The notes under the pieces were generated by a model. That model saw nothing but the letters and a program-made list of their open reading frames with translations. It did no database searches and was not told where the DNA came from. Positions 29,404 to 37,963 of a stretch of 64,000 nt of DNA are shown in pieces (position 1 is the first letter of the stretch; the number at the start of each line of letters is the position of its first letter). The translations under genes were made by a program, and so were the position numbers. This DNA is from a virus. The stretch spans positions 1-64,000 of IMG/VR virus record IMGVR_UViG_3300005077_000003; one strand, written 5' to 3'.

Positions 29404-29624
29404 TCTTCTTCCCGCCTATCATGGGGCTCCATTCCACAGAGAACGGCGGCAGTACGACGCCGATGCTGACACTCGTAGTGGGTGCAGTCCTGGTGGTGGG
29501 CCATCTCTGCAAATGGGCGAAGCGCCTCCCGCAGTCGCTCGTTCTCGGTCTCCAGTGCCGCAGCGTGCCACGCCAGATCCTCCTGGTCGCACTGTTCCAG
29601 ATCCATCAGCACGCGCTCGGCCAT
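29400..29624 (-). CDS. Hypothetical protein (island)
   Basis: ENERLREALRPFAE, a common phage coiled motif. Confidence 0.55.
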   Translation of the reverse strand: MAERVLMDLEQCDQEDLAWHAAALETENERLREALRPFAEMAHHQDCTHYECQHRRRTAAVLCGMEPHDRREEE

Positions 29625-29657
29625 CCATGTCGAGACGGTCCCTTCGCAGACTATCCA

Positions 29658-30119
29658 TTACTCAATCCCCTCCCCATCTTGGGACTCATCGAACTCGGCG
29701 ACGGCGCGGTGGGCGACTACACCCTCACATTCCGCTGGCATGATTTCGCCGGGCTTGGCTGCTAAGTAGCGAGCCCATGCCCTGTGCTCCTCCTCCAACA
29801 GTTCCAACCGCCCCCGCAGCCGCTCGACCTCGGCCTCTGCTGCGTTGGCACGCCAGATGTTGTCCTCGGCTTCGGCAACGCGCAACTCGTACGCAGCTTG
29901 AAACCGGTCGCGCTCGCCCACCAGCGCGGCGATGCAGCGATGCTGTTCATTCAGTCGGTCCACAGCTTTCCTCCCGTCCCGGTTCCACGTTCTGTCTTCC
30001 GGCTCGGTGAGGATGCACTCGAAGCTCTCTGGGCCGAGTAGCACCTCATAGTCCTCATCGCATTCGGGGAAATCAGGGTCTCCATAGAAGGCTATCCGAT
30101 AGACATCTTGGCTAGTCAC
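29658..30119 (-). CDS. Hypothetical coiled-coil protein (island)
   Basis: ORF track; GTGA overlap. Confidence 0.6.
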   Translation of the reverse strand: MTSQDVYRIAFYGDPDFPECDEDYEVLLGPESFECILTEPEDRTWNRDGRKAVDRLNEQHRCIAALVGERDRFQAAYELRVAEAEDNIWRANAAEAEVERLRGRLELLEEEHRAWARYLAAKPGEIMPAECEGVVAHRAVAEFDESQDGEGIE

Positions 30120-30460
30120 TGGGCCTCCTCCCTCCCCTCGTAGGGGTCCTCGCCGTGAATCTTTATGGTCCCCGCCGCAGCAACTAACCGAGAAAGCTCG
30201 CGTCCAGAAAAGCCGCCAATCTCGCAGTTGAGCGCCTTCGAGATTCCACTATGAGGATGAGACCATTCCCATCGCAGGTTCCTGCTGTAATCCTTTGTAA
30301 TTTTGCACGACGCTCCGGGCATCGTAGTTAAGAGAGCTGCTACCAAGCGTGCAAGGCGAGCTCGTTGTTCATAGAGCCTTGCGTTCTCTCGCTTCATGGA
30401 GAGGATCTCCTCGGCGACTTGGGTCATGTTGAGGTCGTCCATCACTCCCCCTCCTCGCAC
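30116..30460 (-). CDS. Hypothetical protein (island)
   Basis: ORF track; likely start at MDDL after GGAGG. Confidence 0.55.
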   Translation of the reverse strand: MRGGGVMDDLNMTQVAEEILSMKRENARLYEQRARLARLVAALLTTMPGASCKITKDYSRNLRWEWSHPHSGISKALNCEIGGFSGRELSRLVAAAGTIKIHGEDPYEGREEAQ

Positions 30461-31347
30461 GACTCAACCGCCTTCAGCGCCCTCACCACAGCCAACCATG
30501 AGTCCGCCTGACAGGACTCGTCGTAGGAGTCCGGCGACTCCTCGCGGTTCCAACGGAGCGCGGCAATAAGATCGCGGTGAAGGTCCTGGGGGGACTTCGC
30601 ATTGGGCATGAACGGCTCAACGGCGACCCACCATTTGCGATAACTGGAAACGTCGCCGTCTTCAGGCCGTTGCTCCCATACCTCTAGTCGCTGTCTTTCC
30701 GCCACGCTCGTAACAATCAGCCGCTGAATCTCAGGGGAGTGCGGGCACTCGCGGAGTTGCGTTTCCAGCTCGGAGATGCGGGCGTCCTTCTCGCAGACCT
30801 CGCACGACCGCGCAAGGTGCCCGTGCTCGCAGACAGCGGCAGTGGAGGGAGACGCGCCCGGACCACCGCTACGTAGTGTAGTCGCACCCCCCTCCGTGTT
30901 CTCGTGCTCGATGGCCAGCCCGAGTTCAACTGCCACGCGGTGCTCCAGTGTCGCGCCCCGGGATTTCTCCCATCCCTCCAGCAGGTAGATCGCATCACAA
31001 CCAAGCAGCGCGCGCAGGTCGTGACGCATATATTCCTCCCACGTCTTGCACTGGCCCTCGATGTCCATCGGGGACACGACGGACCACCCCTCCCGGCGCA
31101 ACCGTTCAGCCGCAGCGTCGAACGCACATCGATTATTCTCGGGCATCCCAGTGATGGGGCCGCTGATGTAGATCGCTGTCTTCTCTGGTGGAAAAATTTG
31201 CATTTTACTTACAATAGTAAAATCTTTCAGCTTTCCTGGTGAAGCCCAATCAATACCTTTTATAAAAACTTCGTTGTTGTCTTTATAAATCTTAGCTAAC
31301 TGCCAAGATGAACTAGTATAAAACTTTACCCAGTAAAATTCATTCAT
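30442..31347 (-). CDS. Chimeric protein with DUF4406 (nucleoside deoxyribosyltransferase-like) domain
   Basis: IYISGPITGMPENN..AF..AAERLR...WEEYMR.DL..LL.CDAIYLLEGWEKSRGATLE; AT-rich N-terminal ~52 codons. Confidence 0.75.
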   Translation of the reverse strand: MNEFYWVKFYTSSSWQLAKIYKDNNEVFIKGIDWASPGKLKDFTIVSKMQIFPPEKTAIYISGPITGMPENNRCAFDAAAERLRREGWSVVSPMDIEGQCKTWEEYMRHDLRALLGCDAIYLLEGWEKSRGATLEHRVAVELGLAIEHENTEGGATTLRSGGPGASPSTAAVCEHGHLARSCEVCEKDARISELETQLRECPHSPEIQRLIVTSVAERQRLEVWEQRPEDGDVSSYRKWWVAVEPFMPNAKSPQDLHRDLIAALRWNREESPDSYDESCQADSWLAVVRALKAVESCEEGE

Positions 31348-31556
31348 TTTATTTCTTAAAACCTAAATCAAATACTTTATCATTCTTAAAACTATCAAAA
31401 GCATTTGTATTACTATTCCATCCATCTGCTCACCATAAATATTCATGAACATTTGTTTTAATACAAACAGTAGAGTTTTGTGTAAACATAAAATAATGTC
31501 CAGCTAGCAAAATACAGAATGACTTTGTAATTGATTTATTTTCCCCAATTTAGAGG

Positions 31557-31596
31557 TGGTGGGCTCTGTTGGGTTCGAACCAACGACCTATCGCTT
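31557..31596 (-). tRNA. tRNA-Ile2(CAU) 3' exon
   Basis: AA GCGAT AGGTC GTTGG TTCGAAC CCAAC AGAGCCC A CCA. Confidence 0.88.
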
Positions 31597-32359
31597 CACG
31601 TTTGTGCTAGTTTCCTAGACTCCGTGGACTATCTCACCACCTCCAGCTTTACCTGCTGAGGTGCGGGACGCTAATGTGGTAATTAAGGAGACTAAACTCC
31701 TCCACTAGTCTCTGCACCTTCCTATAGTGTACTATAGGCTTGGCTCAAGATTATCATAGAAGTCCATATGATTTTGCCCATTTTCTAACTGCATTATCAG
31801 ATACATTATATTTTCTACCGAGTGCAAGCATCGAAGTAGTTTTTAGTTCCTCAGCAAGTGTTCCCTTGCTAGGTCTTTCAACTATTCTTTTGTCGAGTGC
31901 ATTACACTTGGTAGAGCAATAAATGCTCTGATCAGTTTGCAAAGTTAGACCACAGACTTTACATACTGGGACTCCCTTAGACTTCCCTGAATTCATCCCG
32001 TTCTCACCATTTGATTTCTCAAATGGGGCACCTGCTTCAAGCCAGCTATGTAGTCTTGCGTGTTGTGATTTAGTTAGGATTAGTAAATTAGAGCACCTAT
32101 TATCTTCCCTAATACCATTTAGGTGATGTACAACTTCATCTTTATGAAGTTGTCTTCCTAATGATTGTTCGGCAAAATAAATGTGTTCATATACCCATCC
32201 TAGCCAGTTCTCACACTTCATCGAGCTTGGGTGATCTGGCATATATATCACCCGATACCCGTTTAATATTCGGACTTTTATAGCTAACTCGTTAGATTCT
32301 TGTTCTTTCATGCAGATATTATCGTAACATCTACATGTGAACCTTAAACCTAAGTTCAG
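31597..32359 (-). mobile_element. Group I intron (763 nt) after anticodon position 36, carrying an HNH ORF
   Basis: Exon ends in U and intron in G; IGS GTGAG (32003-32007) pairs CTCAT with U.G; P3 31994-32000/31664-31670; AATTCAGGGAA, AATCTTGAGC, CAGAGACTA and GATAGTCCA core motifs. Confidence 0.9.
31754..32311 (-). CDS. Intron-encoded HNH homing endonuclease with Zn finger/HTH tail
   Basis: YEHIYFAE..LGR.L...EVVHHLNGIREDNRCSNL; CKVCG..YCSTKC; C-terminal HTH. Confidence 0.88.
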   Translation of the reverse strand: MKEQESNELAIKVRILNGYRVIYMPDHPSSMKCENWLGWVYEHIYFAEQSLGRQLHKDEVVHHLNGIREDNRCSNLLILTKSQHARLHSWLEAGAPFEKSNGENGMNSGKSKGVPVCKVCGLTLQTDQSIYCSTKCNALDKRIVERPSKGTLAEELKTTSMLALGRKYNVSDNAVRKWAKSYGLL

Positions 32360-32396
32360 ATGAGGCGATTGCTCTAACCGACTGAGCTAAGAGCCC
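32360..32396 (-). tRNA. tRNA-Ile2(CAU) 5' exon
   Basis: GGGCTCT TA GCTC AGTCGGTTA GAGC A ATCGC CT CAT; G1-C72, A73, Ile2-like body; adjacent tilS. Confidence 0.88.
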
Positions 32397-32460
32397 TTAT
32401 TTTTAAAGATCTTACTACGATTACTTAAAAGAGTATACCAGAAGGAGAAATTTTCATTCG

Positions 32461-33063
32461 TTAAATCGTTTCATTAATCATCATTCTTCGGACCATATTA
32501 GTAATACCAGGATTTACATATGATTTAATTACTGGTACTACATGACTGCGCAAATTAGTGCGCAGATCGTCTCCTACGCTACTAATAGTAGTAATAGAAT
32601 TGCGATCGCACCAACTGATAAACCTATACTTAGGAGTAAGTCTAAATGGTCTAAAGATGAATGTGTCATATTTTTCAGAGTATCTAAAGTACGGGATAAC
32701 ACTAGAAAACCCCCTTTTTAGTGTGCTAATAATATATTCTTCTACACAGTCATCAAGATGATGACAAGTAATTACTGGTATATTTTGACTATGCAACCAT
32801 TCATATCTCTCTTCCCTAAAGTAAGCTTCAGAAGTATCTGAGCTATCTAAAATAACTCCTTCTTTATAAGAAAGATGGTGCGTACCACAATAATTTAAAA
32901 CGATTTCTCTGCCTTTCCTGCTTTCCTGAGTTCCATGGTGAAAGAATAGTGCGGTTACTTCCTTTTTCCCCTTTCGTAAAAAGTCAAGTACCGCCATACT
33001 ATCAGGCCCACCACTAACAGCTACTCCTACTTTATTAGGGATGGTTCCTTGGATTTTAATCAT
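32461..33063 (-). CDS. tilS: tRNA(Ile)-lysidine synthetase, catalytic domain only
   Basis: VAVSGGPDS PP-loop, REERY, HHLDD..E, RP; 200 aa. Confidence 0.8.
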   Translation of the reverse strand: MIKIQGTIPNKVGVAVSGGPDSMAVLDFLRKGKKEVTALFFHHGTQESRKGREIVLNYCGTHHLSYKEGVILDSSDTSEAYFREERYEWLHSQNIPVITCHHLDDCVEEYIISTLKRGFSSVIPYFRYSEKYDTFIFRPFRLTPKYRFISWCDRNSITTISSVGDDLRTNLRSHVVPVIKSYVNPGITNMVRRMMINETI

Positions 33064-33425
33064 TTTCTCTTATTCCTTCCTTCATCCATTAATACCATCG
33101 CTTGGCAAGCTTCTAGCAATGTTTTAACATGATTAGGATACAAGAAAAACTCTACTATTTCTCTTTCACATTGTCCACAATATATTACATTATAGCCCAT
33201 TAGTTCTTCTTCAGTCATACTAGGAATGAAGAATATATCAGAGTTCATAAAGCAATCATCGTCACAATGAGCAGATAGTATTTCTGGATATTCTTCTTGT
33301 AACTTGAATAATGCTTCTGCTGCATCAAGTGGAGATAAATCTTCTATTGCTCTTTTTGCTTTATGAATTAGCCAATGTAGTTTAGAAGTTCTATCTACAA
33401 AATCTAAAGGGTTATCTTCTTTCAT
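33060..33425 (-). CDS. Hypothetical protein
   Basis: ORF track. Confidence 0.55.
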   Translation of the reverse strand: MKEDNPLDFVDRTSKLHWLIHKAKRAIEDLSPLDAAEALFKLQEEYPEILSAHCDDDCFMNSDIFFIPSMTEEELMGYNVIYCGQCEREIVEFFLYPNHVKTLLEACQAMVLMDEGRNKRK

Positions 33426-33635
33426 TTATAATCTACCCATTGTTCGATGTAAATACTCTCTCCGCCAGTAGTTCCATCCTCATTAAGAATAACATTACCT
33501 ATACCTGTAAAGGGATATACTTTTGCATAATATCTCCCTTCCTAGTTCACTAGGCATAGGACATTCGCTTTCTTTCATCCAACGCGGGCTTTTTTGTTCA
33601 TTTTGCCTTGTTAATCTTTATTATAATACTTATAT

Positions 33636-33914
33636 TCAAGTGGTTTTTTCTTCTAAAAGATCATTAATTTGATCTTTTAGCTTTCTAAGCATTCCTTCTG
33701 TAGTAAAAATAGATTCGTGTCCTTTAGGAGAGTCTTCTGCAATATTTTCTGGGACTTCTCCAAAAGGGAACCAGCCCCAAGAAAGCTGGTATATCTTTTC
33801 TGTTCTATCAGAATATGTATCCAAACGCTCAAATCTTACATAAATAGGCCAATAAAAATCTCTATTAGTAAGTTCTACGTAATTATTTTCTTCTTTATTC
33901 ATCTTTAGTCCCAC
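33636..33914 (-). CDS. Hypothetical protein
   Basis: ORF track. Confidence 0.5.
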   Translation of the reverse strand: MGLKMNKEENNYVELTNRDFYWPIYVRFERLDTYSDRTEKIYQLSWGWFPFGEVPENIAEDSPKGHESIFTTEGMLRKLKDQINDLLEEKTT

Positions 33915-33989
33915 AAATCAAAAATGTCCCGATAGCTTTTTCAAAAAAATCCAGTTTATTTCTCAATTTTTCTTAGATTATCAGGAATA

Positions 33990-34289
33990 TTATTTATGGA
34001 ATCCACGGTCATTATTAAGATAGTTAACCATTTCCTCTTTACTCAAATTATTCCACATACTATTTTGGTCTCCAAAAATTCTATAATTATTTAAAAGGAA
34101 ACCAGAAATATAAAACCTTCCACACATTTCAATTAGATACCGAGGATAACCCTTCATAAAGAACTTAAAACCAGGTTTAATATCATCAATAGAAAATATA
34201 GGTTCTGCTTTTCCTAATTCTTTTTTAGCTTCTTCTAGTTCACGCTCAGCGGCTTCAATGCGTTTTTTGATTTCTTCTACGTTCTTCAT
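33990..34289 (-). CDS. Hypothetical protein
   Basis: ORF track. Confidence 0.55.
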   Translation of the reverse strand: MKNVEEIKKRIEAAERELEEAKKELGKAEPIFSIDDIKPGFKFFMKGYPRYLIEMCGRFYISGFLLNNYRIFGDQNSMWNNLSKEEMVNYLNNDRGFHK

Positions 34290-34726
34290 TAATTAATCTC
34301 CGGGAAAGTTACACAATGCCTACACCCTTCAACCTCAGTAGCCAAAAGCTTTTCTCTAAATCTCTTTACTTCTGTAGAGTGCCAGACATCAATAAAAGAA
34401 TCAAATTCCAGTACGTTTACAGGTTTCCAATCTAGCTCATTCTCTGAGAAGCTGCAATTCCAATACTCCCCAAGCACATTAATATAAGCAGAGAATAAAG
34501 AACTTTCACAGCTTTCAGAGAGAGAAAGGTATCTTTGTAGCTCCCCTTCATTTAGTTCCCCTGAGATATTTTTAATAGCGGCTTCAAATTTTGGAGCAGA
34601 GCAACTATCAAAACCAATTAGCCTTCCTTGAACTTTTCCTTTTTCAGTGGCTACGATAAAAGAACTACTAGAACTGTTACTTACAAATCCGTTTCTAATT
34701 TTCATAAATTTTATCCCAATTAGCAA
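34289..34726 (-). CDS. Conserved phage protein with MKIRNGFVSNSSSSSF motif
   Basis: Characteristic N-terminal motif; true start probably at MKIRNG. Confidence 0.65.
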   Translation of the reverse strand: MLIGIKFMKIRNGFVSNSSSSSFIVATEKGKVQGRLIGFDSCSAPKFEAAIKNISGELNEGELQRYLSLSESCESSLFSAYINVLGEYWNCSFSENELDWKPVNVLEFDSFIDVWHSTEVKRFREKLLATEVEGCRHCVTFPEIN

Positions 34727-34940
34727 TTTTTTCAGGAAGACTTTTTGCTTTAATTAGAGTTAAAGTAGAAGAATAGCCATCTGACCAAACTAATCTATCA
34801 TGCATGATTAGGTTGTTCTAAAGTCCAACCAGAGCTTTCTACAAATATTAGAGCTTTGTCTATTGCATCCTTATAAGTATCAAAAGGCCCATAGCGTTTA
34901 TCGTTATATATAATTACATACATTTTATTTTACCTAGTAG

Positions 34941-35027
34941 TGGTGGCCAGTGGGGGACTCGAACCCCCACGCCCAAAAGGACATTAGATTTTGAATCTAA
35001 CGCGGCTGCCGATTACGCCAACTGGCC
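34941..35027 (-). tRNA. tRNA-Leu(CAA)
   Basis: TTAGA-TT CAA AA-TCTAA, long variable arm, GGTTCGAGTCC, encoded CCA. Confidence 0.92.
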
Positions 35028-35044
35028 ACATTACAAATATTTTA

Positions 35045-35431
35045 TTATCTTACTATCTCTCTAATTATTTTGCCATTTTTAGTTGTATACAAAACTCTTT
35101 TGATACCTGCCTCTTTAATTCGTTTCATACAATCTTTACATGGTCTACTCATTTGAGTACCATTTAATCTACAAACAAAAAGTTTGGCGCCTACCAGAGA
35201 AATGCCGCGATTTTCCGCCCAATCAATTGCCATCATCTCGGCATGTCTACCATTAGAATAACCACCACCTCTTGGGTGAGGCGTATAATCATTGTACCCA
35301 GTAGATAGTATTCTACCACCCTTGTAGATTACACAGCCATGTTTAGATTGTCTACACGGGTCACCCTCCTGTTCAGCTACTTTCTGTGCTTTGTTCTTGA
35401 TCTTTTTCTTCATGTAATTTCTTTTGTTCAT
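35045..35431 (-). CDS. Cytidine/dCMP deaminase-family protein
   Basis: KHGCVI...STGYN, HAE, RPCKDC, GIKRVLY. Confidence 0.88.
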   Translation of the reverse strand: MNKRNYMKKKIKNKAQKVAEQEGDPCRQSKHGCVIYKGGRILSTGYNDYTPHPRGGGYSNGRHAEMMAIDWAENRGISLVGAKLFVCRLNGTQMSRPCKDCMKRIKEAGIKRVLYTTKNGKIIREIVR

Positions 35432-35717
35432 TCCAATAATTCATAGCTGATATCATATTTTCATCTTTAGCTTTTCTTTCAGGGCCACATGCTAAAAACA
35501 ATTGTTTTACTTTATCTGATTTAATATTATCTAAGTAAGGTGCTTGTGGCCTCATTCCTCTTACTTTTGAAGCAAATAGATCAGACAAATAAATATATGC
35601 ATAATCAAAGTCATCTTTTCCGTCTTCATCTAGAGCATTCCTTGCTTCTTCTAAAAGATGGACATTTTCTGGCGTAACTTCTTCACAATCTGCAGAAGCT
35701 ACACCAAAAAGTATCAT
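35373..35717 (-). CDS. Hypothetical protein
   Basis: ORF track. Confidence 0.5.
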   Translation of the reverse strand: MILFGVASADCEEVTPENVHLLEEARNALDEDGKDDFDYAYIYLSDLFASKVRGMRPQAPYLDNIKSDKVKQLFLACGPERKAKDENMISAMNYWNEQKKLHEEKDQEQSTESS

Positions 35718-35848
35718 TACAAATTGCTAAGATCCTAAATTTAGTTTCATCTCTTGGTCCATAACGCCAAAAGAATTGTTCTCCACAGAATGTGGTAGCA
35801 TCAAAAAAACCTTTGATAAGGTTCTAGTTTATCCATGATATAAAATTA

Positions 35849-35878
35849 GAAGACCCGGAGTAAAACTTCCGGGTCTTC
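35849..35878. terminator. Terminator-like hairpin
   Basis: GAAGACCCGGAG...CTTCCGGGTCTTC, downstream of 35903-36595. Confidence 0.65.
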
Positions 35879-35902
35879 CTTCTAAACTATGTAGATGATG
35901 TT

Positions 35903-36595
35903 CTAGGTCCCGTAAGTTACAATAACAGTAATTTCTTCAGTACCATTATTTGATGCTGAGAAAGAACCACCACTAAAAACGGATTTATATTCACTTTCTG
36001 CATGGAGATACAGTCCGTCTCCATTCTTCAATCCGTCAAGGATGGTAGAGTCTGTAATTACGGATCCTACGGTAAAATCACTAATAGACTGCTCAGTTTG
36101 TCCACCAGAACCAGTAAAATCTGGATTTGATCCATCGTAATCTGTTACACCATCATAAGGCCCTACAGGATCATAACTTGCTCTTACGGTTACGCATTTT
36201 TGAACATCAAAGAAGTCTTTGTGAGTTGCTAAAGTATTAGAAGGACTTGTCCAATAAGCTCTATATTTAACAAAAGCATCCCCCTCAGTACCTAATTCAG
36301 ACGGGTAAGGGAACCTTCCCCATGCTTGGTAGTCCCATGATTGATATCCTGCGGCAGACGACATACCAAGGCCTTCTACTCCTGACCACCAATATACATC
36401 TGCTGCAATAGTAACTTTGACCCAAGTAGCATTTGCTGGAAGATCTCCAATATCTACCCAAGGGTCTGAACACCAACCAGGGTTACTAAGTGTTACCCTA
36501 ATTGTTCCTGGAATAGGTGTTGGTGATGTAAAAGAACACAAAGTGAGCGTAGCCGTAGTTGCTAGCGTAGCAAGTGACAAAATTAGTTTCTTCAT
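35903..36595 (-). CDS. Secreted protein with YDG..DY motif (paralogue 2)
   Basis: Signal peptide; GPYDGVTDYDG...FTGSGGQT. Confidence 0.65.
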   Translation of the reverse strand: MKKLILSLATLATTATLTLCSFTSPTPIPGTIRVTLSNPGWCSDPWVDIGDLPANATWVKVTIAADVYWWSGVEGLGMSSAAGYQSWDYQAWGRFPYPSELGTEGDAFVKYRAYWTSPSNTLATHKDFFDVQKCVTVRASYDPVGPYDGVTDYDGSNPDFTGSGGQTEQSISDFTVGSVITDSTILDGLKNGDGLYLHAESEYKSVFSGGSFSASNNGTEEITVIVTYGT

Positions 36596-36598
36596 ATG

Positions 36599-37960
36599 TT
36601 AAACAGAATCCTCCCAAACTTCTCTAGGTAGATAGTTCATTGGCTGGCTACCGCCAGCATCCACTTGTCTTGCAGAACCCATCGTTAACCAATATTCTAA
36701 TGTTTCTCCAATAAGATCTTTGAACATTAAATGTGTAAAAGGAACCTTATCTCCAGTACGCCTACCATCAGGAGTAATATATTTCTGAGGATAGGTGCCA
36801 ACAAAGTTCATTAAATTATCATATTGAACTTGTAAACCTGGTCTTAATTTCATAGCTAAAGCTAAGAAATGTAATTCAAAACACGCAGCTATTTCTATTC
36901 CAGGCATAGATGGTTGCATAGTTGTCATATATGGAGATGGACAACTACCAGATGCTGCAAGTTTCACTATATCTTCTAATAATTGAGAAAACTCTGATTC
37001 TGGTTCTAATGTCCATACTAATCTAGCGACGTGAGCAAACTCACGTCCTAGTCTATAGCTGGGGCCGGGATTTTCCTCTAAGTGATCTTTTATTTGCCTA
37101 GCTGTCCAATAATAGCTAGGTTCATAGTCTCTATTTGGATCAGGATACCAAGCTAATTTTAAGTGATTCATTAGCCAACTAAGATAGTCTTTGGCAAATG
37201 GATCATCTTTAAATATTAAGGCGGCCCGGTATGCTCTATGGAAATGCTGGCCGTCATGTCTTTGGTACTCTGCTAAATTCCTAACTCCCTGCCACCATTC
37301 TGCAGCACAATCTAAATCATAACTATATCCAGCAGGTGGTATAATAGTTTGTAGACTATACTTTGGTGAAGATTTCCAACCTGGATTTGCATACTCATCT
37401 AAATAATATGCAATTGGATTACGCTGTGCTGTTGCAAGCATTTCATCCCAGGCTCTTTTATAGCCTGTTGCATGCATACGCCATCCAAACCAGTTTGGGT
37501 CTATTCCTTGTCCGCCATACATCCATCCTAAATGGTGCCAATATAAATTATATGGACCAATAGTAGCTAATGCTATTGGATGTGAAACCATCTTCCCTTC
37601 AGACCATGTCGGGCACTTTAAAATAGGATACTTGGCTTCAAAGTAATTTTTTGGATTGCCCGACCAGAAGGTTTTTGTCCATATACCTCCTGGCAATATA
37701 CCCCACTTATCACTATGGATATATGATTCACCACCATCTATCCTAATTGAAATCCCTTGTAATGGTGCAAAATCATTGTTTTCTTGACCATTAACAATTG
37801 CTATTGTGTGTTTATATGTTCCACCAGCTTCATCTCTGTAAACTATGACGTTAAGACCGTTTAGTATTTGTGCATTACGTTCTGCGTTTCTACCAGTAGT
37901 TATTTTGTGTCTTTTGCCAAATTCATCAGTAAATGAAGCCCTCAAAAGGGGCTCTTTCAT
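36599..37960 (-). CDS. Hypothetical protein, Trp/Tyr-rich, 453 aa
   Basis: Long ORF; no recognised motif. Confidence 0.7.
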   Translation of the reverse strand: MKEPLLRASFTDEFGKRHKITTGRNAERNAQILNGLNVIVYRDEAGGTYKHTIAIVNGQENNDFAPLQGISIRIDGGESYIHSDKWGILPGGIWTKTFWSGNPKNYFEAKYPILKCPTWSEGKMVSHPIALATIGPYNLYWHHLGWMYGGQGIDPNWFGWRMHATGYKRAWDEMLATAQRNPIAYYLDEYANPGWKSSPKYSLQTIIPPAGYSYDLDCAAEWWQGVRNLAEYQRHDGQHFHRAYRAALIFKDDPFAKDYLSWLMNHLKLAWYPDPNRDYEPSYYWTARQIKDHLEENPGPSYRLGREFAHVARLVWTLEPESEFSQLLEDIVKLAASGSCPSPYMTTMQPSMPGIEIAACFELHFLALAMKLRPGLQVQYDNLMNFVGTYPQKYITPDGRRTGDKVPFTHLMFKDLIGETLEYWLTMGSARQVDAGGSQPMNYLPREVWEDSV

Positions 37961-37963
37961 GAA

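Larger units (their letters stand above)
29135..31190. other. GC-rich island of small phage genes
   Basis: Abrupt visible shift from AT-rich to GC-rich sequence and back; GGAGG-type RBS inside. Confidence 0.75.

Noticed and set aside
31590-32365. Alternative splice registers giving tRNA-His(GUG) or Gln(CUG)
   Set aside because: Only CTCAT|AA gives an exon-terminal U, intron-terminal G and a 5-bp P1 with U.G; tRNA body and adjacent tilS fit Ile2
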